DNA from: Lepidodermella squamata
Lineage: Eukaryota; Animalia; Gastrotricha
Reading direction: 5' to 3'
Assembly: GCA_047495785.1 (NCBI GenBank)
Contig: JBLDXI010000026.1
Span: 930,001 to 994,000 of the forward strand
DNA: 64,000 bases
Below, in pieces: positions 23,155-37,145 of the stretch. How positions within the stretch are numbered: the stretch's first letter is position 1; every line of letters begins with the position of its first letter. The notes under the pieces were generated by a model, which was not told the DNA's origin, did no database searches, and saw only the letters and a list, made by a program, of their open reading frames with translations. The position numbers and the translations under genes are program-made.

Positions 23155-24145
23155 TGCCAAATAATAATGAGAAAACTCTTGAATGCGTGGGTTCACGGTG
23201 TGTAGGGTCAACATTTACTTGATGACGATCATTAACCTCTTCTGCTGATGATGAAAAAAAACAGGTGTTTTTTATTTGAAAGGTCACGCTCAAAACTTGT
23301 GTGTTGCAGAAACAGCAGAATAAATTGAGTTAATAATTCATTCGAACCAGCGTAAAAAATTGAAATGCTACCGTAAATCAGATTATTTTTTAATTCTGAA
23401 TTGTTTTATTTTTAATTTAATTTTATTTAAAATTTGGCGAATATTATGGAAAATTTTGGTTTTTTTACAATTTTTACAATTAAAAATATTAAGTTGACCT
23501 TTTTTCAAAGGTTGAGTAGTTTTTATTTTTTAAGCTATTTTGCATATTTTTTATGCCTCAAGACATATTCTCTTGAGGAATGGCTTGTACCTGCATTTTA
23601 CTCGAAAAAAAATCAGCCTTAATTCTCACCGGAGTAATTTATCGTATTTTTTAACCGCCCATTGAGGAAACTGAATTTATGCAGCTTAGCTATTATTATT
23701 ATATCGCTTGTATGTTTACTGAACATTGGATATTCCGATTCGCTTCCCGCCATTCAATGGACGGTGGTGTCGCTAAGCAGCGGGCGCACGTGTAAAAAAA
23801 GCGATCGCCCTTTTATGTGCGTAGTCACCCTACAGCAGGTGACACAGTGGCGCGGCTTTCTCCTATTATAGGTACTGCACTCGGCTGTGAGAAGACCGCG
23901 CTTTGCACCTCATATACACTTAATATTCCACCAATCTTTCTTCCTTTCCTTTACGTCAAGGTGTTTTTATATTTATTTTTTCGAGAAAAACGTGTATTAT
24001 TATCGCAGCTTAATGTGTCCTAATGAGGGTGGATGGCACTTGAAAACTCTGCGACTCTATTATTTATCGATCGATTACGCCCGTTTCCGTTCTGCGATTT
24101 TAAAGCTCAGGATTTATTTGTTTTAGATTTTACTCGATTTAAAAA

Positions 24146-25685
24146 ATGGCTTCTAAAGCCACTGCTGAGAAAAAAGCGGCAGAGCCTGCGGATAACAAAG
24201 GCAAAGAAGAGAATAACCCTCCGAAGGACAATACGAGTCAAGGCGAGAAGACTAAGCGAAATCGGCAATATTTTAAGGCCGAACTAACTCGAGTCGATCA
24301 ACAGCTGAAAAAGGACGCTGGGAAAATTCAAAAACCGCCAGAGTAATATTATTAATTAAATCTGAATTGTTAGTAATAATGTCGAATCTCTTAAAATTTC
24401 AGGCGCGATTTTTTCCCGCAAGTTTTCAATGACCTCGAGCCGTATTTAGACCTGTCGACTCCCAGATTCGTCATAGAAATGCCGGAAGATGTGCTGCACG
24501 CCGGCAATGGGTACAAAACTCGGGCGACGGCTCAACGCATGACCGAACCTTGGGTTGATCTGAAAATGGACGTTAGGCCGAATTACAATGAAGAAGTGAA
24601 AGAGCCTGTCCCACCTCCGAAACGGGATCCTTCTCCAGCCAAAGGGTCAGTATGGATTTTTCCTTTCCTTTCCTTTCCTTTCCTTTCCTTTCCTTTCCTT
24701 TCCTTTCCTTTCCTTTCCTTTCCTTTCCTTTCCTTTCCTTTCCTTTCCTTTCCTTTCCTTTCCTTTCCTTTCCTTTCCTTTCCTTTCCTTTCCTTTCCTT
24801 TCCTTTCCTTTCCTTTCCTTTCCTTTCCTTTCCTTTCCTTTCCTTTCCTTTCCTTTCCTTTCCTTTCCTTTCCTTTCCTTTCCTTTCCTTTCCTTTCCTT
24901 TCCTTTCCTTTCCTTTCCTTTCCTTTCCTTTCCTTTCCTTTCCTTTCCTTTCCTTTCCTTTCCTTTCCTTTCCTTTCCTTTCCTTTCCTTTCCTTTCCTT
25001 TCCTTTCCTTTCCTTTCCGATATCATCCTGTCCTATCCTATCTATTTAACCCTTAATTCCTATTTCCCTAACCATACTCTGATGTAATATTAAAATATTT
25101 TTTTGGACTTTTAGGCCGAAAATTCGGCGGGAAAGGACTGAAATATTGCAAGGCACCATCTTACCCCGATATCCTATCGTCCACGTCGATAATCCTGAAA
25201 TTGCGACGAAAGAGCTAACCTTCGTCGACGTGCCATCAATTCGAGAGGAAGTAAAAAACAAGTACATGGCATGTTCTCAAATGAAAACAGACGCCGATTA
25301 TCGCCATACCAAGGAGGATTTCGTCAAACTCGAACTCGATAGGTTAGCGGAGGTGCGAGTAGGAAATCAGGTCAACCTACGCAAAGCTTATTTCGCCTAC
25401 CTTCAAAACACGCCTGGTTCGAAAAAGGCGATTCGGGACTGCATGAAAGAGTACGATAAGAGCAATCCTGCACCCGTTAAGGCGGAAGAGGAGAAACCAG
25501 TCGAGCGAAAAGGTCGGGCGAGTAACAACGCTAAACCCCAGCCGAAATCAAATAGCGGGGCGAAAGATCCGAAAAAGAGCAAATCTGGAGCGGAAAAATC
25601 GTCGGAGCCTTCTAGCAACGCCGAGCCTTCAGAAGAGAAACCAGCCGATCAACAGCCGCAGGAGCAGCAGGCGACTTCCAATTAA
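24146..25685 (+). CDS. Three-exon uncharacterised soluble protein with charged low-complexity termini and a helical core
   Basis: Exons 24146-24342, 24403-24645 and 25115-25685 join in frame through GT-AG introns. The core includes DYRHTKEDFVKLELDRL...AYFAYLQNTPGSKKAIRDC. Confidence 0.75.
24659..25018. repeat. Perfect (TTTCC)n microsatellite, ~72 units, intronic
   Basis: Read directly; lies inside intron 24646-25114. Confidence 0.97.
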
Positions 25686-28515
25686 GACAATGATTGATAT
25701 AGGGATGAAGTTGAATTTGACTAGTGTTTTATGCTGAGATAGCCGATGATTGTTTGCCCTGATCTCGGTTTATTCCATATTTTTACTACCTTAAAAGCTT
25801 AAAAATCGCAAGAAGTTCGTCAAATAAAATGCTTTACCACGAAGTATAATTAACCATCGGATATGCCCGATTGAATTTGGAAAAATATATCAACGATTAA
25901 TCAGATAATTTAAGTTTCAGAGAAGCATATTAATGTTACAACATTTCAGGTCGCGCTAAATTTTTAAACGAATAAATTTTTAGAGCGAAAAAATAATTTG
26001 AAAATTTTTGAAAATTTCACGTTCAATTTGAAAAACAGAAATAAATTGCCGAAAAATTATTTCTAATTTTCTGCGAAAAGCCATATTATTTATTGTAGAT
26101 CACGGCTTCGTCATGATTTGAAAAAGTATTCTGCCTTTGAAGAATTCAAAATAATTCAACCGGGATGCCTGTGATAATGTCCCACGCCATGTGGCCACAT
26201 GCCAAGACTCATCAGTGATTTTCGGATGCAGAAGCAAAAAATATCGCTCCATTCCTTGTGTTCGCTGCATTGAAGTCTCACGGAACATCTAGATTTTGGC
26301 CGATTTTCGCGTAAATAAAATAAAAATTAGGAAAAGGCCACTGACCTGATGGCCGATGAGTGGTCTGGTTCACATTTACACGTCGATGCGCTCCACCAAT
26401 GATACGGTGGACAAGATAGCGATAAACACCATAGCTGTTCGAAATGTATAGCTGATACAAGAATTCCGCCTCGCTATGAATGAGGTTTCCAAAAAATAAC
26501 ATCGGAATTAATTGAGAAAAACCTGAGATTTCTGTCCATCTGAGGTTCCTAATTCCGCAAAAAGGTACATCAGCGTTCCAATAAAGACTGACTGCGGCTG
26601 CGGCCATAATACTTCCGATGTCCAAATTTGAAATTGAAAATTGCGAGTGAGATTGTGAAATTGTGAAGCGAATAACTCAACCATGATTAAATTGTAAAAT
26701 TTGCGTGAGTTACATTCAGCTGAAATAGATACATGATACAGCATTTACATGTTATAACGTGGTTAACAGCATACAAATGAATCACCGCCACGTCTGTCGA
26801 ACACGGCAGCGGCAAAAAATGGCGGTCGACTAAGAAAGGCTTTTCCTACCTGCGCTTAGCATTTCAATTTCATACCTAAACCGAATCGCTCGAAAAGTTA
26901 GTCAGCCTCGTATAAAAGTTGGCCTCAAATATAAGAGGTCCAAATGTCATTCAAAATAGTAAAGGTCGGGTCTATAGCAAGCATGTATCATAATTCATAA
27001 TTTCACGATTTATTAATTAAAGGCGAAATGCGTAAAGGAATTCGAATTTCACTACGCCATCATCATCATTCCCTTCTCCTAGGGCCTATAGGGCTAAAAC
27101 ACCGAGCATATGCCGATCTATTTATAGAGGCCAATTCAGAGGCGACTGGAAGCGTTGTATGACGACATGTGATGAGTCAATAAGGGTTTGAAATAATAAA
27201 GGTCAGGCCTCAAATAAATGGCGGTCTCAAATATAGGACGGGGTTTCGACGGGGTTTAAAAGCATCAAAAGGATAGGCCCAACAATTCGGCCGGTACGGT
27301 ATATTTTTTGGATGCTTCCCAAATTGAAAATTAATCCGTTTATTGTTATCATGTGCGGATGAAGATGCAGCACCAAGTGATATTGACAGCTCTTATTAGT
27401 GGCCAGTGGATCCACTGTGAAACTTGGCGTTTGCCGTTTATATCAAAAAATGCTACCTATAACTCGCAGACTTGGAAAACTCTCAATAATCCCTCATAGT
27501 GTCCCAAACCAGGGCTGTTCTAATGAATGGCAAACGAGAAAGGCAACAAAACCCAGCACGTCGTGTTACTATTGTCTTATAGTGTATTATTTTATAAAAT
27601 ACGATGCGCAATCGAAAAAAACTGGACTTTTGGACTCGTTTCATGTGGACGCGGCCTCAAATGATATGTACTGGCTTTCGGCCATGCTTCTGTCACACAA
27701 AATAGTAGCCGCAGCACACGCGCCCGATCAAGTTGTTTTCAACGAGATATTTTTTATTGGCAGCGGATGAAACCACGTGAGGCCTCGTGAACTGGAAGGT
27801 TTGGTTTTTATATTGTCACCGAATTTTCGGGTCACCCACTTTTGAAAGTCATCTTCTCGAAACGTAAATATTAGAACTATGTAAAATGCTTCAAACCCGA
27901 AAACCTGCGGTGATATTACTTGAGAAAATCTCGTATACCACACCACCTGTTGATCGCATTGCTTTAGCGTCCCAAAAATGATAAAATGCTAGGAAATTGT
28001 TATTTTAAGGCTGGCGACACCTGTGTTTGCTGAGGCGCCAGATTGTTACTTAAAATAGAAATAGTTAAAGTGGATAAAATTTATGTTTGAGCTCGATGCA
28101 GATAACTAAGTAATTTAGATGGGGTCATAAAACCGATAAGCCTGGGCTTCCCGAAATTCCGGATAGAATAAGAGACATCGCCAAAATTGAGAGGAGCAAA
28201 ATCGTATGCGTTTACCATTTTGCCAAATTAGTGTCCCAAAAAAGGCTGCGTCTTGCGCGAAGGTTACCTGAAGCCTTCTACAGACCTTATCGGTATTAAA
28301 AAATTTGAAAATGTATCGTGAGATTTTCTAGTTTAAAAGTATTATCCGCTTTGGCTTTATTTTCAACTTGAAATTTCCGACAGTCAGCACTTGGCAATGA
28401 TGATACATTGAAAGTAATCGTCGGCAGAACCGCGCTGATGATATCTCCTGTATTTCCTATTTGAGATTCAGTTTTATAGCTCGCTTCGGGTGATGTGTTT
28501 TCGAGGTTTGAATTA

Positions 28516-29077
28516 CCCCCACTTATTCGTCTTTCTCATTTGCGCATTAAATTTTGGTAAATTTTGTATCACTTGCGCATTTATTTCCAATTTATGAGGT
28601 TAGCTCCGTTATTATGGCGTTATATTATGAGATTTTTTTGGAAAAAAAATTCATGAATGGTATTCATGGTATTCATGAAATGACAGGGTTTTGGGCCAGT
28701 TTTACTAGCAAAGGTAATTGATCATTTAGACTGGATTCACGATTTAAACCCTTTTCTTTAACCTTCTCGGGATGGAACAATGATAAAAGCGCTTACTCTC
28801 AGTTTGACAACCCGAGTCTGTCGAAGGGTCGAATCTCCGAGATTGGTCCAGCTACGCATCAAATGGCAAGAAAAAGGACTGAAATGCCTAAATTTTCTCT
28901 TGTTTATCGCAAGGTTTATGAAACCCGAGGACCACCCAAGACATGGCATTTCATTGATGCCGAATTCTTTCCATAAAAATCTCATAATGAAATGCCTAAA
29001 TTACGAATCTACCATCATAATTAGAATATAAATGCGCAAGTGATAGAAAATTCACAAAATTTAATGCGCAAGTGGGG
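28516..29077. mobile_element. MITE with TA target duplication
   Basis: TA|CCCCCACTT...TTGCGCATTAAATTTTG...TATCACTTGCGCATTTAT at the left; ATAAATGCGCAAGTGATA...CAAAATTTAATGCGCAAGTGGGG|TA at the right. Confidence 0.7.
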
Positions 29078-31347
29078 TACACTCTGAGGTTTAATCGATT
29101 GGATAAAATTGATTAAAAATAAATAAAATTGTATTACCTAAATTAAATTCCGCATGCCTTTTATACATTAGAGTCCCAATTAAATGTTTTGATACGTAAA
29201 TAGCAACAAAATTAGCCATCTTCATCACGTGCTTACGACTTTAATCCCGCGCTGTCTATACGGTCAAATAAGGAATTGACTCCAATGCAAAAAATTGTTT
29301 TTATATTAGAAAAACCTTGATGGCATGGGTTCATCGAGAGCAAATTCCTGAACTCAACAACGACTTGAAGATTAATCTAGCGCGTCTTAAAAATAGGACA
29401 CGTACATTATTAAAGTCATCCTAAAAAAGGTCACATGACTCGTCGTTGCGTATTGTTAAAACAAATAATATAAATATGGCCGCGTTACACTTTTCGGCGC
29501 CATACACCATCCAAGTACATTCGATCATCTTCATCATCATTTTATCTTTTCAAATAATCATCTTTAGTTCAATAATTTACAAGACCTGTTCATGTCCATG
29601 AAAAAAGCAGGTGACATTTATTTTACTCAGTCCTAAATTCGATTTTCGATTCGCTGCGTACACGATGAATAATTAACGGCTTGAATTTCAGTTTTTGTAC
29701 ACTTTTCGGATGATACAAAAACACTAGTTTTGAGGCTACCGCTACTTGAAACCGCGTACAACATACATCATTTATTAGAATGTATACAGTCTGGACAATC
29801 AATGAAGTAGGATGCTTTCGCGAAGTTATAGGAAAACCGACATTGAGTCTCAAATGTCGCACTTAGCAACAACATATATATTCTGTTCAACTTTAGGTTG
29901 GAAATCTCAAAAATCAGTTACTCCGCGTGGGATTTTACCCACGGTGAAACCTTGAAGAAAAATGTACTTCATGTATATAAGGAGCTTTCTATTCACCGTT
30001 ATAGGCTTGCAGTTTATATATAAGGCACGTAATTTTTGTTTGTAACCAAAGTGCTGTTGCTTTATATATAACGACGTGAAAAAATATCATGTGACCATGC
30101 ATTCATTATAAATTGTAAATTACCTTTATACATTCGCCACAAACTGTTTATATAATACGTTGCAGCTGTTAAATTTTCAATTTTTTGTATGACCTTTTTA
30201 TTATGGGAATTCGAAACTTGTGCACAGGGTAAAACCTTCTTTCACAGGTGATCAACTTGTCACCATTTCGATGAATGGACGTTTGAATTTAACCTCAAGG
30301 TAATTGGGGCAAAAATTGACCAACTCGTTTAGGGGCCACTTATTACCTTTGTAATGATGAAATTCACTTGTATTCTTTCCTTTTCGTAAACTCCGACGAT
30401 ATTTTTTAATAGGGCATCTACCTGGATATCAGGTTTAAGCTCGGGGGATCCTGAACCTTCGACTGTATTATCGTGCCGCTGGGACTGATAAGTTGGTGAT
30501 TTTTTTCAAAATTTAGGGGACGAATTTTTGAAGTCCCCAGTACATGAAAATTAGCATCCAAAAATACCCGATGATTGTCCAAAGCTAGGAAACCGCGTTA
30601 TTATTCGTAAAAAATAAATATTGACACAACATTTACAGAAAAATATGGAATTACACCCAATAAAACTGCCTCAAATAAGAATTTGATGACGGATTCGAAA
30701 AACATGGTTTGTCTCAAGTTATCACTCTTTCCAGTAATATTAGCGAAAACAGCGGAATTTAGAGATTTATTTGATTTATTTGATTTTTCTAATTCTTGGA
30801 AACTCCACCACATAATTTCTCAAGCTCATAGATCATTCTGACTGATCGTTAGTTATTTTAGAAATTTCGTAGGCTTCAGATTGTTCAGAATTAATTCACG
30901 TTTCTTTCGCATCCTATATATTTTTTTTATTTGGACACATGTCCCACTTAAATATCCTCGATTTCGTATTATCTATCTCGCCTGATTACGCATTATTAAA
31001 TTTGACCTAATGTCTTACGGCCGCGCGTCTAATTCATAATTCGCTGCACCTCCATGCTCGCATAATAGCACAGCACGCGCGCACACACCTTTCAAATCAA
31101 TCGATATAGGGAATTTAGTAAATAACACGCAGCTCATCTATCATATAGCGACTATGTCAGCCTAGGCATGTAGTATCGATCGCAGCGTACAGAAATTTCG
31201 CATGTTAGTTCCTAAAAAAAGACGACCATTTCTTTGTTGAAACAACTGCTGTTTTTCGGCGAAAAGCCAAAATAGGTGTTACAACATATTATCTCTATTC
31301 TATTATCTAGACATTCGTCTTTTTTAAATATTACTTGCGAAAATAAA

Positions 31348-33034
31348 ATGCCAAAGGAGAACGCGAGTTCTTCAAGCTCTACTCTGTGCAAAATTTGTGG
31401 CTGTTTCGTACCGAGGCGTGAAAAGTACCAGCCGTCAAACTGCGAGGCTTGTCAGAAATTTTTCCGCCGCCACATCTCAACGTCCCACCTGCTGGCATGT
31501 AACCACGAGGAGTCGCAGATGCCGAATGAAGGCGGCGAAATGGACCCGCCCTACAAGCGAAAACGACTCATGTGCCCACGGTGCCGATTCGACAAATGCA
31601 TCGCCACTGGCATGCAAAGTAAGCCATGAATATAACGAATTTTAACGTAATTTTTCATGATTCTAAAGGCAAGTATCTGACTAAGGTCTCAGAGGAGAAC
31701 AAGAAACCTGTCGAGGTACTGAATGACTCGGATTCAGGTCGGTCTTCTTCGGTTTCGTCTGAAACGCTGAATAACAGTTCAGATTCGGACCAAGCTGACA
31801 GCTCTTCGGAAAATTCTGTTGTAGCCATCGCTACAGAGCCGGATTTCGGCAATTTCCGAATAGCTGAGAAAATTATTCGAACTGCTGCCAACGCTTATAC
31901 ATCTCTGTATATTCTTGAATCTGTAAGTTGATGTGTCAAAACAATTCTTCGAATTTTTTTCATTTTTTTCCATTCAAATTAAATTTTTACCAGCCATTTT
32001 TTCACCTAAGGTAAACTAGCCTAAATTCGAGTTTTTCAACGACGCTAAAGACATTTAGTTTCCTGCATTTTTCAGAGTATTCGGACATTTTTATCCTCAA
32101 ACTTCATCCGCCACGCGTTGTAAATTTGTTATGAAATGAGTGTTTGTCTCTGCTTTACAGGCTCCATTCAAACGCCTCACCTCTCCGGTTTCAAATTCCG
32201 AGAACATAGATCAAATTCATGCCGAGCAATATGCTTGCTATCACAAAGCGTGGCTGCTATATGCGGAGCATTTCAAAGGTTTGTCCTTGCGATGTTCCAT
32301 TTATCGATCGTATGCGTGACCCATATTTCATTTTGCACTAAAACTCACGTGTAGATTTTCGCGACGAGGTGCGAATCAACGTATCGAATTCCGCCATTAC
32401 GCAGCTACAACCTATGGCTATGCTCACTATACCGGCGTTGTTTTACCACCTGCCCAATAATACCGACCCGTCAATGGCGGCGTTTGGTATTACTGACGAG
32501 CTTATGCCTGTGATATCTCAACAAATTCCTGCTATGAAGGTTTTATATTATTATTAATTTTTACACTAATAATCTAAAAATATTTTTTAATTAGAAATTA
32601 TTTCAAAAAAGCATTGTTCTACGGCATGGCTTAGCAGAATGGCACCCATCGTTCTTGGAAACTGCCCTGCTTATGGCAGCGTTAACTTTCCACGGTAAAT
32701 TTTTGATTTCTCGACGTGAGAGCATGATGACACAGATATTTAATGAGGGGCGTCGTGTGTCAGAATATAGGTCACGTTCCACTTTAAGTCATAAAACAAA
32801 TCTGAACCAACTGGGTCATTTTTTTCAGACGCTGGTGCAACTGATCCCGGTGTGCGAGATTTGCAAAATTTAGTCGTTCAAACTTTCAACTTCATCGCGT
32901 CAAAACAGGGCGGCAATAAACCGGCTCTGGTCGATGCGAACCGCGACATGTTCGCTAAATGTGCCCGGCTAATACTGGCAACTGTCGACGAAACTATCAA
33001 AGTCACCGGTTGCGGATCTAATAAGTGCAAATAG
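31348..33034 (+). CDS. Divergent nuclear hormone receptor (~6 exons)
   Basis: C4 zinc-finger DBD CKIC...CEACQKFFRR...CPRCRFDKCIATGM, a Ser-rich hinge, and LBD-like helical exons (..ETALLMAALTFH..). Confidence 0.8.
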
Positions 33035-33190
33035 CCATATATCCCGGCTCGATTATGGCGTAAATGAACTGCAAATTATTGTAAATTTATTTTTGACAGT
33101 GTGCGAGATTTAAGAGATAAAATAATAAAAAATCCACCTTAATGCGATTTATCGGCAATTTTCTTTTATTTTTTCAAACTCATTTAAAAA

Positions 33191-34244
33191 ATGGCTCAAA
33201 AAGTTGACGCTTCCACGCAGACCGCTAAAACGCTGAAGAACTTGATCGCGGTACTGCCGGCTAACAAACTCGACCTGATTCGCCGCCGACTGCTCGCCGA
33301 TGCTGTGTTCTTCAAATCTGGCGACATAATTCTAACGCTGTTTTTCATCGCTCTCTGCTGGCTCGGCGTCAGTCTCGTCCCACCAAATGTGGACAAAACT
33401 GCTAATTCATTGAAATCATCCTTGGAAGTCAGCATTCTGTTCCAGTTCATCGATACAATTGCGGCTCTTTTCGCAGCGATGCTAATTGCTAATGACTCGA
33501 ATGTCCTGAAAGAGGTCATATCAGGTGACAACTTTTGAACCGCGCTGTCTTTGAAATAATTGGAATAATTTTTTTGTCACAGGTGTTGTTTTGTCTTCCT
33601 TCGTTTCAGCTGTCGCGTCGACACTCAATTTTTTCCTCATGCTCGGACCATTCATAATGGCTTATTGGTACGCTCAGAGCGCGTTCGTTGCCGGGTCAAT
33701 GGGCATTGCCGCAATCGCCCTGCTCATGCTGATTTTTCACGCCTTTCGACTCGGGGTTATTGTCTATGCAATTTCTTTCATTTGCTCAATCGATGCGAAG
33801 GCTCGTAGATTAGAAGTGACAACTGCTGTAGGAGAGATGAAAGTCAAGCCAACATCTAGACCGCATCCTACTGCCGGACGTCTGGAGGGCAAAAAAATCG
33901 ATGGAGATAGAAAACTGACAAACACCCCGAAAGATATTAATAAGATGTCCCCGACTGTTGATATTCGAACCGTTAATGAAACACTACCAAGTCCGAAAAT
34001 TGAAAAAGTCCTAAATTCGGCACCCGAAAAGATTGACAATAGCTGTTCCGCGAAAGAAGAGGCGACAAAATTGGATGACCCATTTATTGAGTCCAAGACA
34101 TTTGATGGCGAAGATCTGAAGCCAATGATAACGTTTGGTCCGGAGGAAAAATCGAATTATAGTGAAGTTCAGACCCTGATTCAACCCAACAATAGCAGCG
34201 AACCCGTTTTGTACTCAATCAACCGAATCGATCCTGACCTCTAA
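33191..34244 (+). CDS. Two-exon multi-pass membrane protein (~4 TM) with a hydrophilic C-tail, family unknown
   Basis: Two long same-strand ORFs joined by a short intron at ~33526-33583; four hydrophobic segments. Confidence 0.7.
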
Positions 34245-35212
34245 AAGCGCGGCTTTCGACTTGTTTCAGAAACAAATAAGTCCCAGATCTCAGAAAAAAA
34301 AATAAAAGTTTCATGCTCATTTTTTCTGGAAGGTTTTTTGTTAAGAAATATTGGTTGAATTCAATAGGCTTAAAATTGTAAAATCGCCTTCGCTCTTAAT
34401 TTTCATTGGAATATTTCATTTTGAAAAATTAGCTTACATATGACATCAAAAATAGAAAATTGGATTTTATTCTAAAATTTTTGCAAATCGCTGCAAATCA
34501 CCAAAAAGTGAGGCAAAAACGAAAATTGTAATAACACAGCTCGTGAAATATATTTTCAATCGAGTTCAGATTATTGATGCATGGAATATCATATTCAAGC
34601 TAATACTCAACGGTAACTTCATGGTCAAAACACTCGGCAAATAGAAAATAGGGACATTATACTGAGGTGAACATTTTCAACACATTTCTTAGAATTCCGA
34701 AGTGTCCGAAATGTCCGAAATGTCGGTCACCGCTTGTGATTTTGTGTGATTTTTGTGAATTTCCCAACATTGGACATCGTATCGCCTCTGTTTTTTCATG
34801 TTTTTATTCACATTAATTTTTCACATTAAATTTTCTTTTAAAACTGAGACCTGAAAAAGCACTAAGTCGGCTGTAGCGCCTGTATAGGTTCAAATAGTCC
34901 GTTCAGGTCGGACATCAGACATCGGATCAGATTAACCTGATTAATCGGATCTCTACAAGATCGGACATCATCCGACTTGCTATGAACTGGAAGTTTCTAC
35001 TTTGCGCGCTATTCTAGTCCGGTGTGATGTGTAAAAATACTCATCGCGTGGACTTCAATCAATATTCACCGTACGTCGTTTATTTTTAAACAAAACCAGC
35101 TTGTTTTTCATGTAAAAAATGCTCAAAAACTGTAACAGTTTCAGAGCATAAGGAACCGCTGCGTGAAATTCGAAAGTCATTTTACCTACCTTGGGTTTTT
35201 TAAAGTGTCTTT

Positions 35213-35415
35213 CTTTTAGCGGAACCAAATTACGGAACTTTTATTGGGCCCAAAACCGCTTTTCGGAGCTTTCCAGGATGCCATGATTGACCATCATAAT
35301 TCAAGATAAATCCTCTGCAGAAGACGCATTTTTCAGAATTTATAAATTACCTTCAATTCGTAAAAATATTTGAAAATCGATCTTCAGCTCATGCCAAATT
35401 TGATTCCACTAAAAG
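35213..35415. mobile_element. Second copy of the CTTTTAGCGGAACC repeat family
   Basis: Homologous to 13992-14312, including the flank AAAAGAT.TTCTGTTTT. Confidence 0.65.
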
Positions 35416-35777
35416 ATGTTCTGTTTTTTTAATTTTACATACCTATAAACGAATATGGGACACCAGTTTGATAATTAGGGACATTGGACATCCCGTTAGC
35501 AGCGCGGTGTTTTCTTAGCTTTTGTCATTATCCAATATTTACATAATTTTATTTTAGTGTTTGCCTGGAAGCATGTATGGCTAAGGCTTTACCGTTAATT
35601 AGGAGGTCCCAAAATGAGACGTTATAATAAATAATACGTGTGAAAGATCTCACGCACATTTCAAAATGCTAATATTAAAGATTCTGCAAAGATGGTCTCT
35701 CAGGCCATATGTGAGGAAAATGGTGGCGAAAATTTGTTAGCCTGGGCTACTTTTATTCATTTATTAAATTTTTAATT

Positions 35778-37145
35778 TTATAAAAGGGAAAATTTGCTGC
35801 TTTCTGGATCGTATCTAGCCAATATTGCGTTATGAAGGTGCAGCATATCCTTATGACTCATCAACGCCGCTACAACCCAATCTTCGACATGGTGCGTCTT
35901 CTGAACCCGCCAAGGCTGATGACCGATTGAAAAATTACAAATATGCGTATCATCAATGCCCGCCAATGCCCGGGTAAAACCAGTCAGAATAAAATCATCC
36001 ATTTGCGTTCCAATTAACTTGGCATTAATATTCGGCAAAGTTTGAATAATCAGTCTAACAGTGTCTAAACCCATCACGTAAATCGCCCCATTCATGAGGT
36101 CAGGCGCTTGATCTGAGGGGTAGGATTCGGGTGATAGGTACCATTTCGAATCTTCAACCCGATTCGGCTCGCCATACATCCGATTCCCGCCGAGGAAGTT
36201 GTTCGTAGTTCGATAATTTTCCAATAAATTGAGCAATCGATCAGGAAATATGAAGGTATCATCATCCATTAAAGCCATAAATCTCGATTCGCCGCAATTC
36301 TGTAAAATCCAGCGTAAAATTGACGAACTTTTATGGATTAAATTCGAATAGGAATCGTCGTAAGAAATATCTGTTAAAATATCGCCATGCAGTGCTTGTT
36401 CGATTCCGAAATAATCTCGCGGTATTTCTTGTATATATTCGGCTGAATTTTTTATCGAATCAATGTATTCATCGAAATAATTTCGATAGCCCTGAAATTG
36501 CCAGGTTGTGAAATTGTTTTGTCCGCCTTTAATTGGGTCAAATTTTAAATGCGAATTTCCCACAAAAAACGCGTATTGAATCAATCCGATTTTCGACCTA
36601 AATTTCGGATTTCCTAGCCAAGTCCTCCTTAACAATTCACGGCGTAAAATATTGCCGGGAGCTGTTTTTATAGCGATGAATAAATAGGTTTGTTTGCCGC
36701 AATAATTTTTAAAAGGCGATTCGGTGTAATGAGGCGTGAGCATGGCGAAACAGCCTTGGCATGAAGCTTCATTAGCCAGGTCGAATTGGGAAGGTTTCAC
36801 CGGCCAGCCTCGGACGGCTTTTCTCGAAATCGCCCGTCGCTTTGTGTAAATTTCGTCGCTGTAGTAACCGGCGTACCTAAATTTTAATTTTGGAAATTTA
36901 ATTTCGATTTTTTTGAATTTTTTTTACCTTGTAATGAAGTTGATAGTTTTACAGTCGACATCGCCGCCTTGAAATAGAAATTTGTCGAGTTTTGCGTATG
37001 GCGCTACGGCTGTTGATAACACGTGATAGTAATTATCAGCTCTAGCGAGTTCTTTCAATAAATTCGGCAGGCCGATGGTTATAAATATGGTGAGAAAGGC
37101 TCTATTTAGCAAAAATGCGCTTCGATTATCACTGCTGTCCATCAC
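35778..37145 (-). CDS. Beta-1,3-galactosyltransferase-like (GT31) type II membrane glycosyltransferase, 2 exons
   Basis: N-terminal TM in exon 37145-36928, intron 36927-36877, in-frame exon 2. GT31 motifs LFIAIKT, RRELLRRTW, DSYSNLIHK, MDDDTF and GAIYVM. Confidence 0.9.

Noticed and set aside
24583-25056. Long ORFs with FPFLS or KGKER repeats
   Set aside because: They are translations of the intronic (TTTCC)n microsatellite.
26100-26744. Possible small minus-strand multi-exon gene
   Set aside because: Exon-like patches exist, but I could not build a consistent spliced frame or recognise a domain.
33034-33191. Operon linkage of the nuclear receptor and the 4-TM gene (156-nt gap)
   Set aside because: The short gap with AATAAA and a U-rich tract is suggestive, but there is no AG acceptor just before the ATG, so it is not supported.
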